DNA of 64,000 nucleotides from Octopus vulgaris (Eukaryota), in assembly GCA_951406725.2 (NCBI GenBank), contig OX597815.1, forward strand, positions 40,982,001-41,046,000, in the 5' to 3' direction. Below are positions 12,600 to 25,239 of the stretch, one piece after another. The notes under the pieces are model-generated. The model saw only the letters and a program-made list of their open reading frames with translations. It was not told the origin of the DNA and did not search any database. The position numbers were made by a program, and so were the translations under genes. Every line of letters begins with the position of its first letter. The stretch's first letter is position 1.

Positions 12600-13432
12600 C
12601 ACTCCTAATTTTTCTCTTTCTCTAAAAAATCCTGGGTTTGGTTGAAAAAGGATGATTAGAAAAAGAAACAGGGAGCTTTATTAAAGATGCTCAAATCAAA
12701 CACTGCAAATAAACAAATTTTGAAAATATGTGTTTGAGGAGAAGGTGTCAGTAGAGTGTATGGACTTTGGAATGAAATAATGACACGCACTATTGCAGAA
12801 TGCCCCAAGTTGACCCTGAGAGAATATAAGAAATAGAGACATGGTCAAGTTGTAAGCATTTTACACTGGAAGCTTTATCAAAATTTGGGGTTTGAAGCAG
12901 GAAGTACATGATACAATCATCATGTAGAAAGAGTACATGAGGTGGAAACATGCACAATTTTGTAGAATTTTCTAATTCAAACAGACAAAAAAATGGAACA
13001 TAATGATCCACATACAAAGTAACAGACAAGGAAAATTGTATTTGTTTACTGATTAATCTGTCATGTCTATTCGATACCAGGAATTTGATGAAAGCAGATG
13101 AAAAGTCGAAGAAGTATAACTCCCTTAAAACTTGAGATTGTAAAGATTTGGAACCTGATATCTGTCAAAATTGTACCTGTGATAATTGGTACATTAGGGA
13201 CTGTAAAGGATGAAATAAACAAATGGGGAAAGGAGATTGGGGTGGAATGTCCTGTAGAGCTTCTACAGAAGGTTTGTCTCAAAGGAACAGGAAAGGTCAT
13301 TGGAAAGGTTCTGAGCATTTAATGGCTTATTTAAGTCATGGAGATCTTAGGTTAGAGGGAGAAACTCACTATCCATATAAATTCTACCAGGAATAAGACA
13401 AATCCTGAGTCAAGGTAATAATAATAATAATG
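12600..13432 (+). mobile_element. R4/Dong-clade LINE 3' fragment (restriction-like endonuclease, (TAA)n tail)
   Basis: EIVKIWNLISVKIVPVIIGTLG...LQKVCLKGTGKVIGKVL, a decayed CCHC region, and a terminal taataataa run. Confidence 0.7.
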
Positions 13433-13487
13433 ATATAGTAGACAGGGGAAGAGAGAGAGAGAGAGAGTAAGAAGGTGGACAAAACGA

Positions 13488-13720
13488 AGGCGGCGAGCTG
13501 GCAGAATCGTTGGCACACCGGGCGAAATATTTAGCGGTATTTCGTCCGTCTTTACGTTCTCAGTTCAAATTCCACCGTGGTCGACTTTGCCTTTCATCCT
13601 CTCGGGGTCAATTAACTAAGTACCAGTTACGTACTGGTGTCGATGTAATCGACTTAATCCGTTTGTCTGTCCTTGTTTGTCCCCTCTATGTGTAGCCCCT
13701 TGTGGGCAGTAAAGAAATAA
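13488..13720 (+). mobile_element. SINE (family B)
   Basis: ggcgagctggcagaatcg...gttcaaattcc...gtcgactttgcctttcatcc. Related copies at about 7670, 8815, 47340, 52690, 53512 and 61440. Confidence 0.8.
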
Positions 13721-14559
13721 GAAGGTGGGCAAAAAGAAGAGAGGGAGATGACATGCAATTGGATAGATTGTAATGGTCTGGAGCAGACATATGGTGGTAG
13801 AGGAGAGATAATTTGTTGGCTCAGGAGGATGATCAGTGTAAAATATGGGTGGAGAACACAGTATTAAGAATGGAAAATGAATGTCAGTGAAATGGTTTTG
13901 GGTGCTGAGAAGGGTGGGGGAGGGGGGTAAGTGGTATCATGGCAAAGCTGAAACATGCAGTTCTGCTTACATTTAATTAAAATCAAAATACATGGGACCA
14001 AGAGGTATTGCAATCTCAGAGTCGCATTTGGTACATGACCTGACAATCCACATGTATAAATTGCATCGTATTAAGATAGCAACAATGTGCAAATGACTGG
14101 CTTGTTGAATTCTGAGATCAATCAGAATGAAAAACAGAAGGAAACCATACTGAACTGTGAACACAATTGTTCTCAAACACCTGGAAACTAATACTCCCAG
14201 TAATTTTGTTAAGGTTATGTGTTAAGTGCATAATATGAAAACTATCAACCAAAAACAGTACTGGGTGGGGAAATGGGTTTGAAAAAAATTCATAAATTTT
14301 CGAATTTTTATTTTTTTCACTGTGAATGAAAGCTTGCTTTTTTTTTTTAAAGTACATAGTGGAAAAATTCTTTGGACAAAATCGGTCAGGTAGTGGGTAG
14401 CGGTTCATAAATTTTCAATAATTTGATTTCATAAAAAGCTTCCTTCCATCATTTCCAAGGGTGTGATGAAAAACAAATTTGAAAAATCCCCGTCAAAACA
14501 AAGAAAATCCAACTTATGTGGGTGTGCTATTCCAAAAATCCACCAGGGAATTCTCTTGT

Positions 14560-14858
14560 GATAGATACCTGTTGTTTGTTTGTTCCTTCTCGAGCCATGC
14601 CTGGCTCATAAGGGCCGGTTTCCTGGTTTCCGTGGTGTATAGGTTCCCCACCTGGACGGGATGTCGGTCCGTCGCAGGTGAGCTACAAGATGCAGGAGGA
14701 AAGAGTGAGCGAAAGTTGTGGCGAAGGAGTCAGCAGAAGTTCACCGTTACCTTCTAATGGAGCTGCGTGGACCTTAGGTGTTTCGCTCATAAGCACACAC
14801 ATCGCCCGGTCTGAGATTCGAAACCGTGAGTCCGCTGCTCTAACCATTAGGCCATGTG
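14560..14858 (-). mobile_element. tRNA-derived SINE (family C)
   Basis: Minus strand starts tggcctaatggttagagc...ggtttcgaatc (A/B-box-like), followed by a non-tRNA body. Confidence 0.65.
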
Positions 14859-14879
14859 TTTCTTACCACACAGCCAAGG

Positions 14880-15258
14880 TTGGCTGTGTGGTAAGAAGCT
14901 TGCTTCCCAACCATATGGTTCCGGGTTCAGACCCACTTCGTAGCACCATGGGTGTCTTCTACTATAGCTTTGGGCCAACCAAAGCCTTATGAGTGGATTT
15001 GGTCGATGGAAACTGTATATATATATGTGTGTGTGTGTGTGTGTTTGTCCCCCACCACCACCGCCATCACTTGACAACCGATGTTGGTGTGTTTATATCC
15101 CAAAACTTAACGGTTCAGCAAAAGACACCGATAGAACAAGTACTAGGCTTACAAAGAATAAGTCCTGGTGTCAGTTTCTCTGACTAAAGGCGGTGTTCCA
15201 GCATGGCCACAGTCAAATGACTGAAACAAATTAAAGAAAATGAAAAAAATAAAAGAAT
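14880..15258 (+). mobile_element. SINE family A
   Basis: Collinear with 3366-3760. Confidence 0.85.
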
Positions 15259-15488
15259 ATAAATATCAAAAAGCAGTTTTCAAATTTCCCTTTTTATTAT
15301 GCAATAACTGTGCAAATAATATTTCCATAATTCTCAATTTTAATGTGTATTTTGACTAACATACAGCAACAACCATAGATACATATTAATTATAAGAATG
15401 GAATAAACAGATGTGTTTCAAGAGGAACAGCTGGGATTTCATCTAACTGGTTATATGATATATATATATATGATATATATATGATATA

Positions 15489-15541
<53 letters not shown>

Positions 15542-15666
15542 CATACTGGTGTCTGGTGCAGCCATCTGGTTCACCAGACCTCAGTCAAAACGTCCAACCC
15601 ATGCTAGCATGGAAAGCGGACGTTAAACGATGATGATATGTGTATATATATATACACACAAATACA

Positions 15667-16795
15667 TATTTGAACTCTTTGAATGCACTTTCAGCATCAA
15701 TTTGATTAATGAACTCTTTCTCTCGCAGAAAACCATCAAGGTGCTTGAAAAAGTGGTAGTTGGTAGGAAAAAGGTCTGGAGAATAAGCTGGGTGGGGAAG
15801 AACTTTGTAGTGAAGTTCCCTCAACTTCTGGAGCATCATTAGTGAAACATGTGGTCAAGCATTGTCATGAAGAATGATTGACCCTCTTCTGTTGACCAGT
15901 TCAGGACAGGAGTAGCAGTTTTTGTTCGTTTTGGCAATTTTATAGTAATATGTTTCTGCAGTAATGATTTTTCTGGGTTTTAAGAAGTTATAGTGGATGA
16001 GTCCAGCAGTACACCAGCAAATAGTCACCATAACCTTCTTTCTGAAGAACTCAGATTTAGGGAAGGTTTTTCGGTGCTTCATTTTGGTCCAACCACTGTG
16101 AAGAACGTTTTTTACTGTTGTACAGAATCCACTTTTTATCGTAAGTTACAATACAATCGAGAAATGGATTGGTCTGGTTACGGAGAAGAAGCGCCGAGCA
16201 AATTTCATATCTGTGCATTTTCTGATTTTCATTCAAATTGTGTGGTACCCATTTGTTGAGGATTTTTGATTTTCCAATCACATGCAAATGGAAGAAAGGA
16301 AGAACTTTTGGCTGACTTGAAGTTCTTTTGCCAGTTTTCAACTGGTTTTACATGGATCTTTCTCAATGACTGAGGTGGAAACATGCACAATTTTGTAGAA
16401 TTTTCTAATTCAAACAGACAAAAAAAATGGAACATAATGATCCACATACAAAGTAACAGACAAGGAAAATTGTATTTGTTTACTGATTAATCTGTCATGT
16501 CTATTCAATATCAGGATTTTGATGAAAGCAGATGAAAAGTTGAAGAAGTATAATTCCTTAAAACTTTGTCAATGACAGATGGGCATCTATTACACTCATG
16601 ATCTTCAAAGCTCAGACCACCGCTGCAAAATCGTTTAAGCCATTTTCGAGCTGACCTCTCACTGGTCAATTTCTTACCAAACGTTCTGTTGATACTGCAG
16701 GTAGTTTCAGCTACTTTATGTCCTTTTTTGAAGTTGAATAGCAAAATTATTTGAATATCGTGCTTTGAGTGTTCCATTTCAGATGATTGTAACAA
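15667..16795 (-). pseudogene. Decayed mariner (Tc1/mariner, DD34D) transposase
   Basis: WVPHNL, TYDKKWILY, HDNA and HPAYSPDL motifs, plus an N-terminal HTH (ILLFNFKKG...ERSARKWLKRF). Frameshifted and interrupted at 16371-16566. Confidence 0.9.
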
Positions 16796-17025
16796 CTAGG
16801 TCTTTATTGCCCACAGGGGACCAAACATAGAGGGGATGATACAAATGAGGGAATGGGGTCGATAAAACAAATGACTTTTAAAAATTTATATAAATCGGAT
16901 GATAACAAACAAGAACCTCATGCCTCAGCCTCAGCGCATGTCTGTGCATCAATTCACACTGATTTTTATTTTCCCCAAATCAGAACTACTGATGCAAAAA
17001 TAGATAATGATTATGAGCCAGGCTA

Positions 17026-17870
17026 TGTTGTAGGGAAGGACCAGAAGTCCTGTTGGAAGTGGGGCCTGTGGGTCCCACTGGAAGGGCTGTGGTGGGCATG
17101 CAAAGTCAGCGACGCATGAGCAGTCAGTTGGCGGTGAACAGCGCATGAGAGCAGATGTGTTAGACGGTACAGCGGGACAGCGCATGTGGACGTTGAGTGA
17201 ATCTTGTAGATCGAGACACAACACATGGATGTTCAGAATGACCCTTTTCCAGACTGACAGGTAAGACTACTGCAATTCTTTCTTTGCTTCTGTCTTTTTC
17301 CTCCTTCACAACAGAAGCTATTTCAGTTCAAAAAGGAAAAAAAAATGATGGGTTTGGTCCATGTTTCAAATGAGACAGTTAGGCCATTTTGCAGCAAGAG
17401 AGATGTCACTGCTTGACTGCAAAAAATTAAGTTGGTGGCAAAACTCCAAGGTATAGATGACCTAGTGAGTTTCATACCACTGTACCTCAATGTAGAAATG
17501 AGTTGCGACGTCACTGGTGCCAAGTTGTATCAGCCTTTGCCTTTCCCTTGGATAACATCGGTGGCATAGAGAGGGGAGGCTGGTATGTATGGGCGACTGC
17601 TGGTCTTCCATAAACAACCTGGCCTGGACTTATGCCTCAGAGGGTAACTTTCTAGGTACAATCTCATGGTCATTCGTAACCGAAGGGGGTCTCTGACCTC
17701 GGATCGGTGTTAGCACCTTACCTGGAAATAGAGGAGAAGGACCAGTTAAGCCAGAGAAAATAGAAAGCCGGCTGATGGAGGCTTTTATAGAAGGGCCATT
17801 TATGACATATGGTCGATTGGGGAAAGCAAAGTGGACAGGTGAACAGATCGATGTATAGCGTACGCATGAG
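17026..17870 (+). mobile_element. Gypsy-like LTR retrotransposon remnant: LTR (17026-17223), degenerate PBS, gag fragment split by an inserted repeat (about 17490-17700)
   Basis: TGTTGT...ACAACA termini; tggatgttcagaa resembles a TGGTGTCAGAA PBS; peptides LQKIKLVAKLQGIDDLVSFIPLYL and YLEIEEKDQ...KIESRLMEAF resemble retrotransposon gag as I recall it. Confidence 0.5.
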
Positions 17871-18641
17871 GGAAATTCCTCTCTCTCTGTTATATATACA
17901 TAAATATATGGACATAGTAGGTAACAGCTAGCTTTCGGCCACCCTTTTGGACCCTGATGTGTCCACTACTCTGATTAGTTGGTATTAGTGTAATTTGTCT
18001 CTTGCTCTATTGTGCACCAATATGCAACCCAACCAATCGCAGCCTTCAAATAAAGTCATGTGAGACAGTCTCTTCTAAACCTCCGATGAGGTGACTGCTC
18101 CCTATAAAACTCTAGCTTCACATCGAGTTGATGTCTTTTGGTTCAAAATCTTTTAAGGTCTAGCCACTGACCACACAGGACACAGCCAGTTCCAGTGACA
18201 ACACCACAGCAGCCACATAGAGACTGATCAACTTCATCCAGCAGCATTCAGCGACTTCCATCTCTGTTGCCACCATTCATCCTAACGTCAACATCATCTC
18301 TCTACGTACACAGCAACCAGCAACACTCACACAGGTTCCAACACAACACTGTTTGTGAATTGCATGACCATGGTTAGCAGCAAATACAACCTGCGAGAAC
18401 TTCCTGTACCAAGTGACCAGCAGCAGCATCGTAGCCACAACTTCTTGATACAGCATTTCAACTATTGTGTACTTTGACTATGAACTGGTATTTATCATCC
18501 TTGTATCTGAACATTCTTCTAATGTTATATTATAGACTCTTTCAATGCTCTTGACATAACACACATGCATACAGCCATGCCTATGCACACACACACTTTG
18601 TTCTCATGATGGTCTGTCTATTATTATTAACCCTAACCCTA

Positions 18642-20030
18642 ACCAATTTGGAATATTCAGCACAATAACAACTTGAAATCGCTCCACCATGTTATCATGC
18701 AATGATTGTAAATAGTTGCAATATGTAGTTAAATCTTCATCAACCAATTCATCTTTCAAAGAATCAAGTTGTGGAAATTGATGGAATTGACGTTTTGAAA
18801 TGTTAGTCTTATACAACACCAATTTCAAAATGAAGGTAGTGACAAACGGTTTACAATCAACGAGAATTTTTCTGTTTCCTTGAAATATTCAAATCATTTA
18901 ATTTTGTGGATATATCACAAAAGAAAAAAGATATCACACCTTGCAGCCATCAATGAAGTGGATAGTGGAGTATCTTCAAAGAAAGAGATGATTTTATGAA
19001 ACAATTCAACAAAGCATAAAACACAGTTTCCTTTTGACAGCCACCACACTTTGGTATGGTATAAGAGTTTAGTATAGTCCTCATCATTTCTCAGAGTTGA
19101 TGGAAAATTCAATCAGACAAGGGACTGGACTTCAATTTGTTCACAGTCATGATAACTAACTGTAGTGCATCATTCAATCTACTATTCATATTTTTTGCCA
19201 CTAAATGCTGCCGGTGTGCCAAGCAATGGACAGTTAGTATCTGGTGGGAAATTTTGTGCTTTAGGAGAGATGAAAATCCTATCATTGAAGGGACTCCATC
19301 AGATGCACAGGCAAGAATATTGCTGAGTGGGATATTATGTTTAAAAAGAAAAGACTTGAGAGTGTGAAAATAGTTGCACCTTTTGAATCAAGCAGCAATT
19401 TCTCTGTGAACAGCATTTTCTCACAAGGTTGAAGGTCTTCGCTGAAATAACAAATATATACCATCATCAAGCATTAATTGTCCACAACAGTTGACTCATC
19501 CACTTGTATAGAAAATTCAGAACACTGGAGAATATTAATGAGCTGATGTTTGACTTCGTTGGCCATTTCATCCATGCTTCAAGAAATTGTGTTATTACTA
19601 AATGGGATCTTCATAATGATATCGGGTTTTTCGTGCATAACAGTTGACAAAACCTCTTCAATAACTGGGTGAAGTAATGTTTCTCCAATTGTGTGAGACT
19701 TCCCAGACTTAGCAGCAAGCAATGCAATGTTGTTCGATGCAATCATCCTATCATTCTCCTGTTTACTAGTTTCCTGGAGTAGAGTGTTGAATGTTTGTAT
19801 TTGCTTTTTGAAAGAGGAGCTCAGTAGCAAAAAGTATGACAATGGCTTGTCCATCTTGTCAGAATGCTCTGCACCAAAGTGATACTTCAAGCGTGAAGGT
19901 TTCATTGTTCAATGTTTGATGGCAAATAAGGCACATTGGTAACTGACAGTTCTGAGGAGAGCGAATAAATCCAAACGATAAATAATCACAATTGTACTGT
20001 TGACAAATTTTCTTGACTGGAGGCATCAGT
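18642..20030 (-). pseudogene. Decayed hAT (Buster/Charlie, ZBED5/SCAND3-like) transposase
   Basis: CLICH...MKPSRLKYHF, KSHTIGETLL, FSIQVDEST, HCLAHRQHL, LLYHTKVWWLSKG and YLQSLHDNMVERF in several frames. Confidence 0.88.
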
Positions 20031-21087
20031 AAAATAAAAATGTGAAAACGAATTTCTACAGGCAGCGTCAGAAAGGTAGTGTGGTATTCCCAATGAGAAG
20101 AAACCAATATACGTCTCTACTAGAGCAAATACAGATCTAGTTCGTTTGACTTCCAGCATTTCAAAAATTAGAGTTTATCAAAAATTTTTAAATTAGGCAC
20201 ATTAATATAGCTTTCCAAGCTAAACTGCTGGAGTTATTCAACTTTTTGCTGGAGTTATTCAACTTTTTCCAGAAAAATGTTTTTAAAAAGTTATAGAGGT
20301 TTAAAGTTTGATCATTTTCTTCCAGTCAAGAAACACGATTTCAAAGCTGTCCTTTAGTGTGTGACTGCACATTTTGACAACATCCTGAAAATAGCACTTG
20401 TGTTTTGATATGAAACCACAGAATTATGCATGACCTGTAATCCCTCATAACTTTTTTATTTTTCAGAGTTTCCAGAAAATTTTTATGAATTTGAATTCTA
20501 TACATGGAACTTCATGTAATTATGCCAAAATAAAAAAAAAATTGTGGTAGAGTGTAATTTAAGGCTTAGGCCTATTTGGCTGCTATTTTTAGCACACATG
20601 ACAACCATCTCAATGACTGTGACAAAAATATTTGTTAAACAAGTCTGCTTTTTTAATACAAACCGACGTCTCATGCGAGTAGTCAAATCAATGTAAGTGC
20701 ATCCTTATTCTAGGCATGCGTAGATACAAGTAAATGCAGACTTAACTTCTAAAAATTTATTGTCATCCACAGAATGTTCATATTGCTTACCATTTTCTAG
20801 AAATTAGCCCATCACCCACTTTGGGAAGCTAATTAATCTGTCAAATGTAATACCTATTTGCTCACGTTATTTTGAATTATTCAGGTTCACAATATTTGCT
20901 TGTAACTTTGTAACTTTTTTACATACAGATTTGAAATTTTGTCTGTTGGTGCTTTATATACCACTGATTTACTGTTATGTAACTTTAGCTGATCTTGCTG
21001 TGTAAATTTGACTTTTATGAGCAAGTAAATTCAATTAACAGGTGTTAAAGCATTAACATTATGGCTAAATACTAAAATTGAAATTCT

Positions 21088-21831
21088 GGATTTTTACCTT
21101 TTGACCGACAGATTTAAACAATAATTTTTTGTAACTAAACACTTTCAAACTTCGTATACTTGTAGAATGTGTCACATAAAACGTCTTTTACTCTTGGCAT
21201 TGTTGAGAAAATTCTTGATTTTGGAAGTTATTTCTTGTTTAAGTTGTATTTCAGTAATTTCAACCAATCAATGACATATATTCAGCTGAATAAAATTACT
21301 GCTGTTGTTTGTCAACAACAGCTTCCGGCAGAGTATATTTCGTTTGTCACTGTTATTTACGACATATTTCATCTCAATTACGTTTGTATGAATAAACAAG
21401 TGTATCAGAAGCATGTTTACTTCATGGCACCACCATAATCGTTTGTGTTTCATTTTCCCTTTTTTTCTGTAACTCTAACCCTAAAACCTTAACCCTGACC
21501 AAAACCCTAACCCGAAAACCTTAAAGCTAAAACCAGTACAAATGCATGAACGATGTCATAAATAACAGTGACAAACGAAATATACACCGCCGATAGTTGT
21601 TGTTGACAAACAATGGCAGTAATTTTATTCAGCTGAATACACGTCATTGATTGGTTGAAATTACTGAAATACGACAACTTTAACAAGAAATAACTTCCAA
21701 AATACAGAATTTTCTCAACAATGCCAAGAGTAAAAGATTTTTTATGCGACACATTCTACAAGTATACAAAGTTTGAAAATGTTTAGTTACAAAAAATTAT
21801 TGTTTAAATCTATCTTCAAAGGTAAAGATCC
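21088..21831. mobile_element. Foldback MITE with about 280-bp TIRs, central TAACCC-type repeats and an 8-bp TSD (gaaattct/aaaattct)
   Basis: Mirror ORFs 21169..21438(+) and 21507..21752(-). GGATTTTTACC / GGTAAAGATCC ends. Confidence 0.88.
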
Positions 21832-23049
21832 AAAATTCTTAATGCATCTTACCTGTTTGATTTGCCACTAAAATTATCCCAGACGGCAACCAACAAAACT
21901 TTTGCCACTTTTCAAGATGAGGTACATTAGCTTGAATTAATTAAAATACAGGTATACTCAGTACAAGATTTTATTCTTTCGGTAAATATTTTGTACCTTG
22001 ATGTGGAATAATTTTTCTCCAGTTTTTTCAGATGCATTCAATGTATCTGACCTCCATACCCACTGCAAGCCACTTTTTTCCAGAAAAGAAAGGGAGTTTT
22101 GTTGTGTAGGTTTTTTTTTCATTTCCAGGTTATTTTGTATGCTTTCAATGAATCTGACATCGAAATCATGCATAAATGGTTTGTTTTTCTTGAAAAGGAA
22201 AGATTTGGCTGCTATTTCTAGCATGCCCTGCTACCACATAATAATTATTTGTGTTCACACTGAAATATTTACCAACTTCTTTCTTTCCATTTATTTTTTC
22301 CATTTTACGGAAAACAATATTTTCTCAAGCAATAATAAATCTCTGAACGAGATGTAAACAGTAACTGCTCGACAACGTAAAGTATAATAGCCATCTCAAT
22401 ATGGCTAACCATTAAGGGTGGTTATTACTGTAGCTTTTGTCCCAGGAGATCATTGTCTCCAGCTTGCTTTAGGCACACTTTCTGTGCCAGTTGACATCTA
22501 CCTTAGTAAATTTTGTTTTTCTCTCAGTTCTGTGCTTTCTGGAAGAAAAGCCCTCACATTATCTCAAAGCTACAAGAATTCACTATTGTGATTTTCTTAT
22601 CTCTTAAAAAGATTTCATAGAGGAATTAGATTCAAAGGGTTTTGGTTGGTTTAAACACTAAATTGTCAAAAAGTGCCAAAACTATAAAATCAGCTTTTTG
22701 GCTCTTTTGAGGTCTTTAGAATCCCAAAACTATAGTCTTTTTTTTTGCTTAGAGTTAAAAAATGCTGATTTTATAGTTTTAAATTTCAAAGGGCCTAAAA
22801 AAGGCTGATTTCATAGTTTTTGCCCTCTTTTAGGTCTTTAAAGGCCAGAGGAGGATAAAAAAAACTAAAAATATAAAAATAAAAAACTATGAAAAACACG
22901 ATATGTACATAATTTAATTTTTCCTCTTCTTCACCTTGGTTTTGTTGATGAGATTCATGTTGCCCTTCATGAAAATTAACATTCTAGGATGATCAGTTGG
23001 CACTGCTCCTGAATTTATTGCTTCAATAACATTTCTTAAATTCAACCTT

Positions 23050-24520
23050 TAACTGTAATATTTTTCTGATTTCATTTCTTCATATTTTATGTTATCTGCT
23101 TCCAGTATTCCCAAATATTTATGTTACTGTTGTTTCTTAAATGATTTCATTATCAAAATAGTGTATTTTTCAAGCCTGAATTCCATTTCTACATTATTTG
23201 AGAAAATGTGAACAGTATGTACAAGACTTTTATAGCTGTTTCTCATTTTTCACACAAAGCTTTAAATCATCCATAAACAGATGATTTATCTGATGAAACC
23301 CTTTTCCCAGATCATAAGCCATATCTTTTTGTAACATTAGACTGAGCAGTATCATGGCTAATACAAATAGTAATGGAGATAAGCTCTCAGCCTGGAATAC
23401 ACCATGTCTGATGTTCATCTTTGCAACTTTTTGTTTTCCTCCAATCAAGTTAGTGGTCCAATGTTTTATACCTTAATTGCCCAGTTTCTTCATGTTTTCT
23501 GCCACTCCAAACATGCTTATTGTTTTACTTATCCAACTGTGTGACATCATGTTACATTCTTTTTATAATCCAATCATGCTGGATTATTCAATCCCATTAA
23601 TCTCCATCTGCAATTTCTGAATATCCCTTTATCAGCAAACAAGTGATCATTAGTAACTTTATTTCATTCCTGCACCCCGTCTCTTCCACTCAAAGTATAT
23701 TGTTTTCCAAATAATGATAGAACTTTTCTGCCATGATACCAGTCATAAACTTCCAAGTTGTAGGTTGAACATTTGACACCAATTTACCTTTCAAAGAAGC
23801 CTTAATATACAACACTTGTCATCGAAGTAGGAATGTGTCTCTGCTGCAATCCTTTCATGCAACTGTATAAAATTCTTCAGCCAAATAACCTTGTCCTCTA
23901 TCCAGACCAGGTCCTTTCCAATTTAGAGTTTTTTTCAGCATTAGTCTCACTGAATACAGATCATTTTTGCCTTCCTTTCATTTTGGCACACCAGCATGTT
24001 GTCTTTTCACCTGTGTTAATCACTCTACACTTCTGTTATATCTAACTGTATGTTCCCAAACATGCAATTTCTTCTACATCAGGAATCACTTTTGGATGTT
24101 GTTCTCCTATTTCCTCAAAAATCCATCTTCCATTAGATTGAAACAATATATTCTGATTAAAACCTTTACATCTAGCATCATGAGTTTTCAATTTGACTTT
24201 TAATGGCACCACCAAGAATTTTGTGACAATACTTTATGTCCTTTAACCAGCACTGTTCAATCAATTTTCTGATTAATGCTTCATTATTGAGTTCGCCTTT
24301 CATTGTCCTATTTAATTGTACAGATTTTTGCCTCCAATTTGGTAGTTTCTTTTCTTTCAACTGTCTTCCATTTGTATTCTATCATGTCAGCTACAACATT
24401 AGCTGTGGCTATGATTAACTGGTTTGTTTCACTGATGTTCTCTGTTTCAACCAAACTCAAAATGCCATTTACTTTGCCTGTGGCTCTCCTTACTTTTCTT
24501 CTGCCTATATACTAGTTAGC
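23050..24520 (-). mobile_element. R4/Dong-like LINE RT fragments
   Basis: GVFQAESLSPLLFVLAM and INHLFMDDLKL; heavily decayed. Confidence 0.7.
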
Positions 24521-24552
24521 ATTCCATCATTTTTCTCATTTTTCACACATAT

Positions 24553-25239
24553 ATTAGAGATATAATATTTTGAAATAGAACCTGAATATGTTTTGGAACA
24601 ATTGTAAATCTGACGATTGCATATACTCTTTTTTTACTCTTTTTACTTGTTTCAGTCAGTTGACTGCGGCCAGGCTGGAGCACCGCCTTTAGTCGAGCAA
24701 CTCGACCCCGGGACTTATTCATTGTAAGCCCAGTACTTATTTTATCGGTCTCTTTTGCCGAACCGAACCGCTAATTGACGGGGACATAAACACACCAGCA
24801 TCGGTTGTCAAGCAATGCGAGGAGGACAAACACAGACACACAAACACACACGCATATATATATATATACATATATACGACAGGCTTCTTTCAGTTTCCGT
24901 CTACCAAATCCACTCACAAGGCTTTGGTCGGCCCGAGGCTATAGTAGAAGACACTTGCCCAAGGTGCCACGCAGTGGGACTGAACCCGGAACCATGTGGT
25001 TGGTAAGCAAGCTACTTACCACATATGTATTTATATATGTATATACATAGGTATACAGTTGTGTATATGTATATATATTGTAATCTTCCAATACTGAAAC
25101 ACACGTATGTAGTTCCTTCATATTTAATAAATATAAGTATTAACTAAAGTATGATATAATTAACGAAGTATATTATATACCCAGCTGGTAATTTTGGTTA
25201 TATTCTTAAAGTATTATTTCGTGATGTGTAAACTGATAC
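24553..25239. repeat. AT-rich dispersed repeat (possibly a Penelope-type terminal repeat) split by a SINE
   Basis: Matches 28885-29140 directly and 28296-28560 in inverted orientation. Confidence 0.7.
24626..25022 (-). mobile_element. SINE family A
   Basis: Reverse complement of 3366-3760; short catat duplication at the flanks. Confidence 0.85.

Noticed and set aside
17888-18561. Possible solo LTR (TGTTAT...ATAACA, internal TATAAAA)
   Set aside because: No TSD, and no second copy in the window to confirm it.
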